A DNA stretch of 64,000 nucleotides. It comes from Chiloscyllium plagiosum. Its lineage: Eukaryota. The stretch's first letter is position 1; the number at the start of each line of letters is the position of its first letter. The stretch is from NCBI RefSeq assembly GCF_004010195.1, contig NC_057751.1, positions 15,793,677 to 15,857,676 of the forward strand, given 5' to 3'. Below, piece by piece: positions 62,318 through 64,000 of the stretch. Below the pieces are notes generated by a model, which searched no databases, was not told the DNA's origin, and saw nothing but the letters and a program-made list of their open reading frames with translations. The translations under genes and the position numbers were made by a program.

Positions 62318-62882
62318 AAGAGTATAGGAGTTGGGAGGTCATGTTGAGGCTGTGCAGGATATTGGTTAGGCCACTTTTGGAATTCTACATGCAATTTTGG
62401 TTTCCCTGCTCTGGTGTTGTGAAACTCAAAAGGGCTCAGAAAGGATTTACCAGGATGTTGCCAGGACGAGAGGGTTTGAGCGAAAGGGAGAGGCTGAATA
62501 GGCTGAGGCTGTTTTCCCTGGAGCATCAGAGGCTGAGGGGTGACCTTATAGAGGTTTATAAAATCACGAGGGGTACGGATAGGGTGAATAGACAAGGTCT
62601 TTTCCCAGGGGTGGGTGAGTCCAGAATGAGAGGGCATAGGTTTAGGGCGAGAACGGCAAGATTTAAAAGGGATCTAAGGGGCAACTTTTTCACACAGAGA
62701 GGGGTGTTGCCAGAGGAAGTAGTGCAGGCTGGTACAACGACAACATTTAAAAGGCATCACCATCATTAATGAGGGTATGGAAAGCTGGTAAATAGGAGAA
62801 AATCAGTTTAGGGTGTCTGGTAGGTGCAGATGAGTTGGACCAAAGGGTCTGTTTCTGTGTTGTACAACTCTATGACCCTAAG
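62318..62882 (+). mobile_element. CR1 LINE 3' fragment
   Basis: ORF 62269-62769, EYRSWEVMLRL..LVRPLLEF..RGDLIEVYKI. Confidence 0.9.
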
Positions 62883-63281
62883 TAAAGAAATTCCTTCTCA
62901 TGTCAGTCGTCAACTATCATTCCCTCATCTGAAAACTGTGTCCCTTCTCCATGGTCTAGATTCCCCAGCCAGAGGTGAAACAACTTCTCAGTGTCTACCC
63001 TGTCGAGCGCCCTCACAATATTGTTGCATTCCAACGGCTCTCCTACCATTCTGCCAAACTCCAGGGAATTTTAGACCCTATTTGTTCAGCATCTCATCAT
63101 TGCTTACGAGGGGTTCGTCCTGAGTTAACATTTCAAGTTGCGTGACCTTTCAGCAGAATGGATTGGAGCTCAGAAATTGGAGGATAAATGCTCCAGACAG
63201 GGGCTGGGGATGGGTAAAGAAGCGAGAGAACAAGTGGAGACCAGAGATTGGTATAACAGGAAGGAGGAATACCGGCATTTG

Positions 63282-63601
63282 TGGGCGGCACGGTGGCACA
63301 GTGGTTAGCACTGCTGCCTCACAGCGCCTGAGACCCGGGTTCAATTCCCGCCTCAGGCGACTGACTGTGTGGAGTTTGCACGTTCTCCCCGTGTCTGCGT
63401 GGTTTCCTCCGGGTGCTCCGGTTTCCTCCCACAGTCCAAAGATGTGCAGGTCAGGTGAATTGGCCATGCTAAATTGCCCGTAGTGTTAGGTAAGGGGTAA
63501 ATGTAGGGGTATGGGTGGGTTGCGCTTCGGCGGGTCGGTGTGGACTTGTTGGGCCGAAGGGCCTGTTTCCACGCTGTAATGTAATCTAATCTAATCTAAT
63601 C
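63282..63601 (+). mobile_element. tRNA-derived shark SINE (HE1-like), young full-length copy
   Basis: GGGCGGCACGGTGGCACAGTGGTTAGC (A box), GGTTCAATTCC (B box), CR1-like tail, (TCTAA)n. Confidence 0.9.
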
Positions 63602-64000
63602 ATTGGGACAAGTATGTAAAAAATAGGTTGGCTGAGCTGAAAGTAGCCTATTTGAAGACAAGGCCTTAGGTATGGGAAATGGAAGGCGTCCTTAACTTTA
63701 AATTATTGATTATAGGCATTGAGTCCTGAAAGTGGAAAATGAGATGCTGCAATTCCAGCTTGCGCTGAATTTCACTGGAGCATTGCAGCAAGCCAGAGAC
63801 AGAAATATTGGTCAGGGAGCATGTTGTGTTGAAGAGGCAAGCAGCTGGAAGCCCTCACCCCTTACCCCTCATCCAAAGGACATTCCTGTGAACCTTCACT
63901 GCACCAACTGCAATGCAAGTTCATCCTTCAAGCATGGAGTCAGAAATTGCAGATGGTACTCCAGTTGTGGTCTCACCAAAGCCATTTATAGTTACAGTTA

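Noticed and set aside
63282..63355. tRNA gene
   Set aside because: The tRNA-like A/B boxes are the head of a multi-copy SINE.
61377..64000. Ferlin exon 1 or promoter
   Set aside because: No ML.V.V..A-type start exon with a phase-1 donor was recognised; the region is mostly repeats, so exon 1 is probably beyond the window.

Overview
Eukaryotic, repeat-rich genomic DNA. The tRNA-derived SINEs with (TCTAA)n tails, abundant CR1 LINEs and a 33-bp minisatellite point to a shark; this is an inference. The whole window lies inside one type-I (DysF-containing) ferlin gene, myoferlin-like and most plausibly FER1L5. I read 27 coding exons by hand (2,930 nt, about 976 codons, all splice phases compatible), covering C2A, C2B, FerI, C2C, FerA and DysF. 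Exons are numbered by human dysferlin homology from memory. Exons 2-13 (61376 to 30923) and 25-30 (9711 to 166) are on the minus strand. Exons 14-23 (12326-29080) are on the plus strand, inside an 18.5-kb block bounded by two gaps of exactly 500 N, almost certainly a mis-oriented contig. The FerB exon (24) is not visible, and exon 1 and the 3' half of the gene lie outside the window. The introns hold SINEs, CR1 and a second LINE family, a putative solo LTR, minisatellites and Penelope-like (GIY-YIG) fragments. The most interesting non-coding signal is a set of short fold-back insertions from at least three sequence families, many with 10-16-bp target-site duplications. They carry minimal type-I hammerhead ribozyme cores (CUGANGA-stem II-GAAA plus a palindromic helix III), and two of the families can be tied to Penelope GIY-YIG tails in this window. 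Most long ORFs in the supplied track are repeat-derived or run through N gaps.
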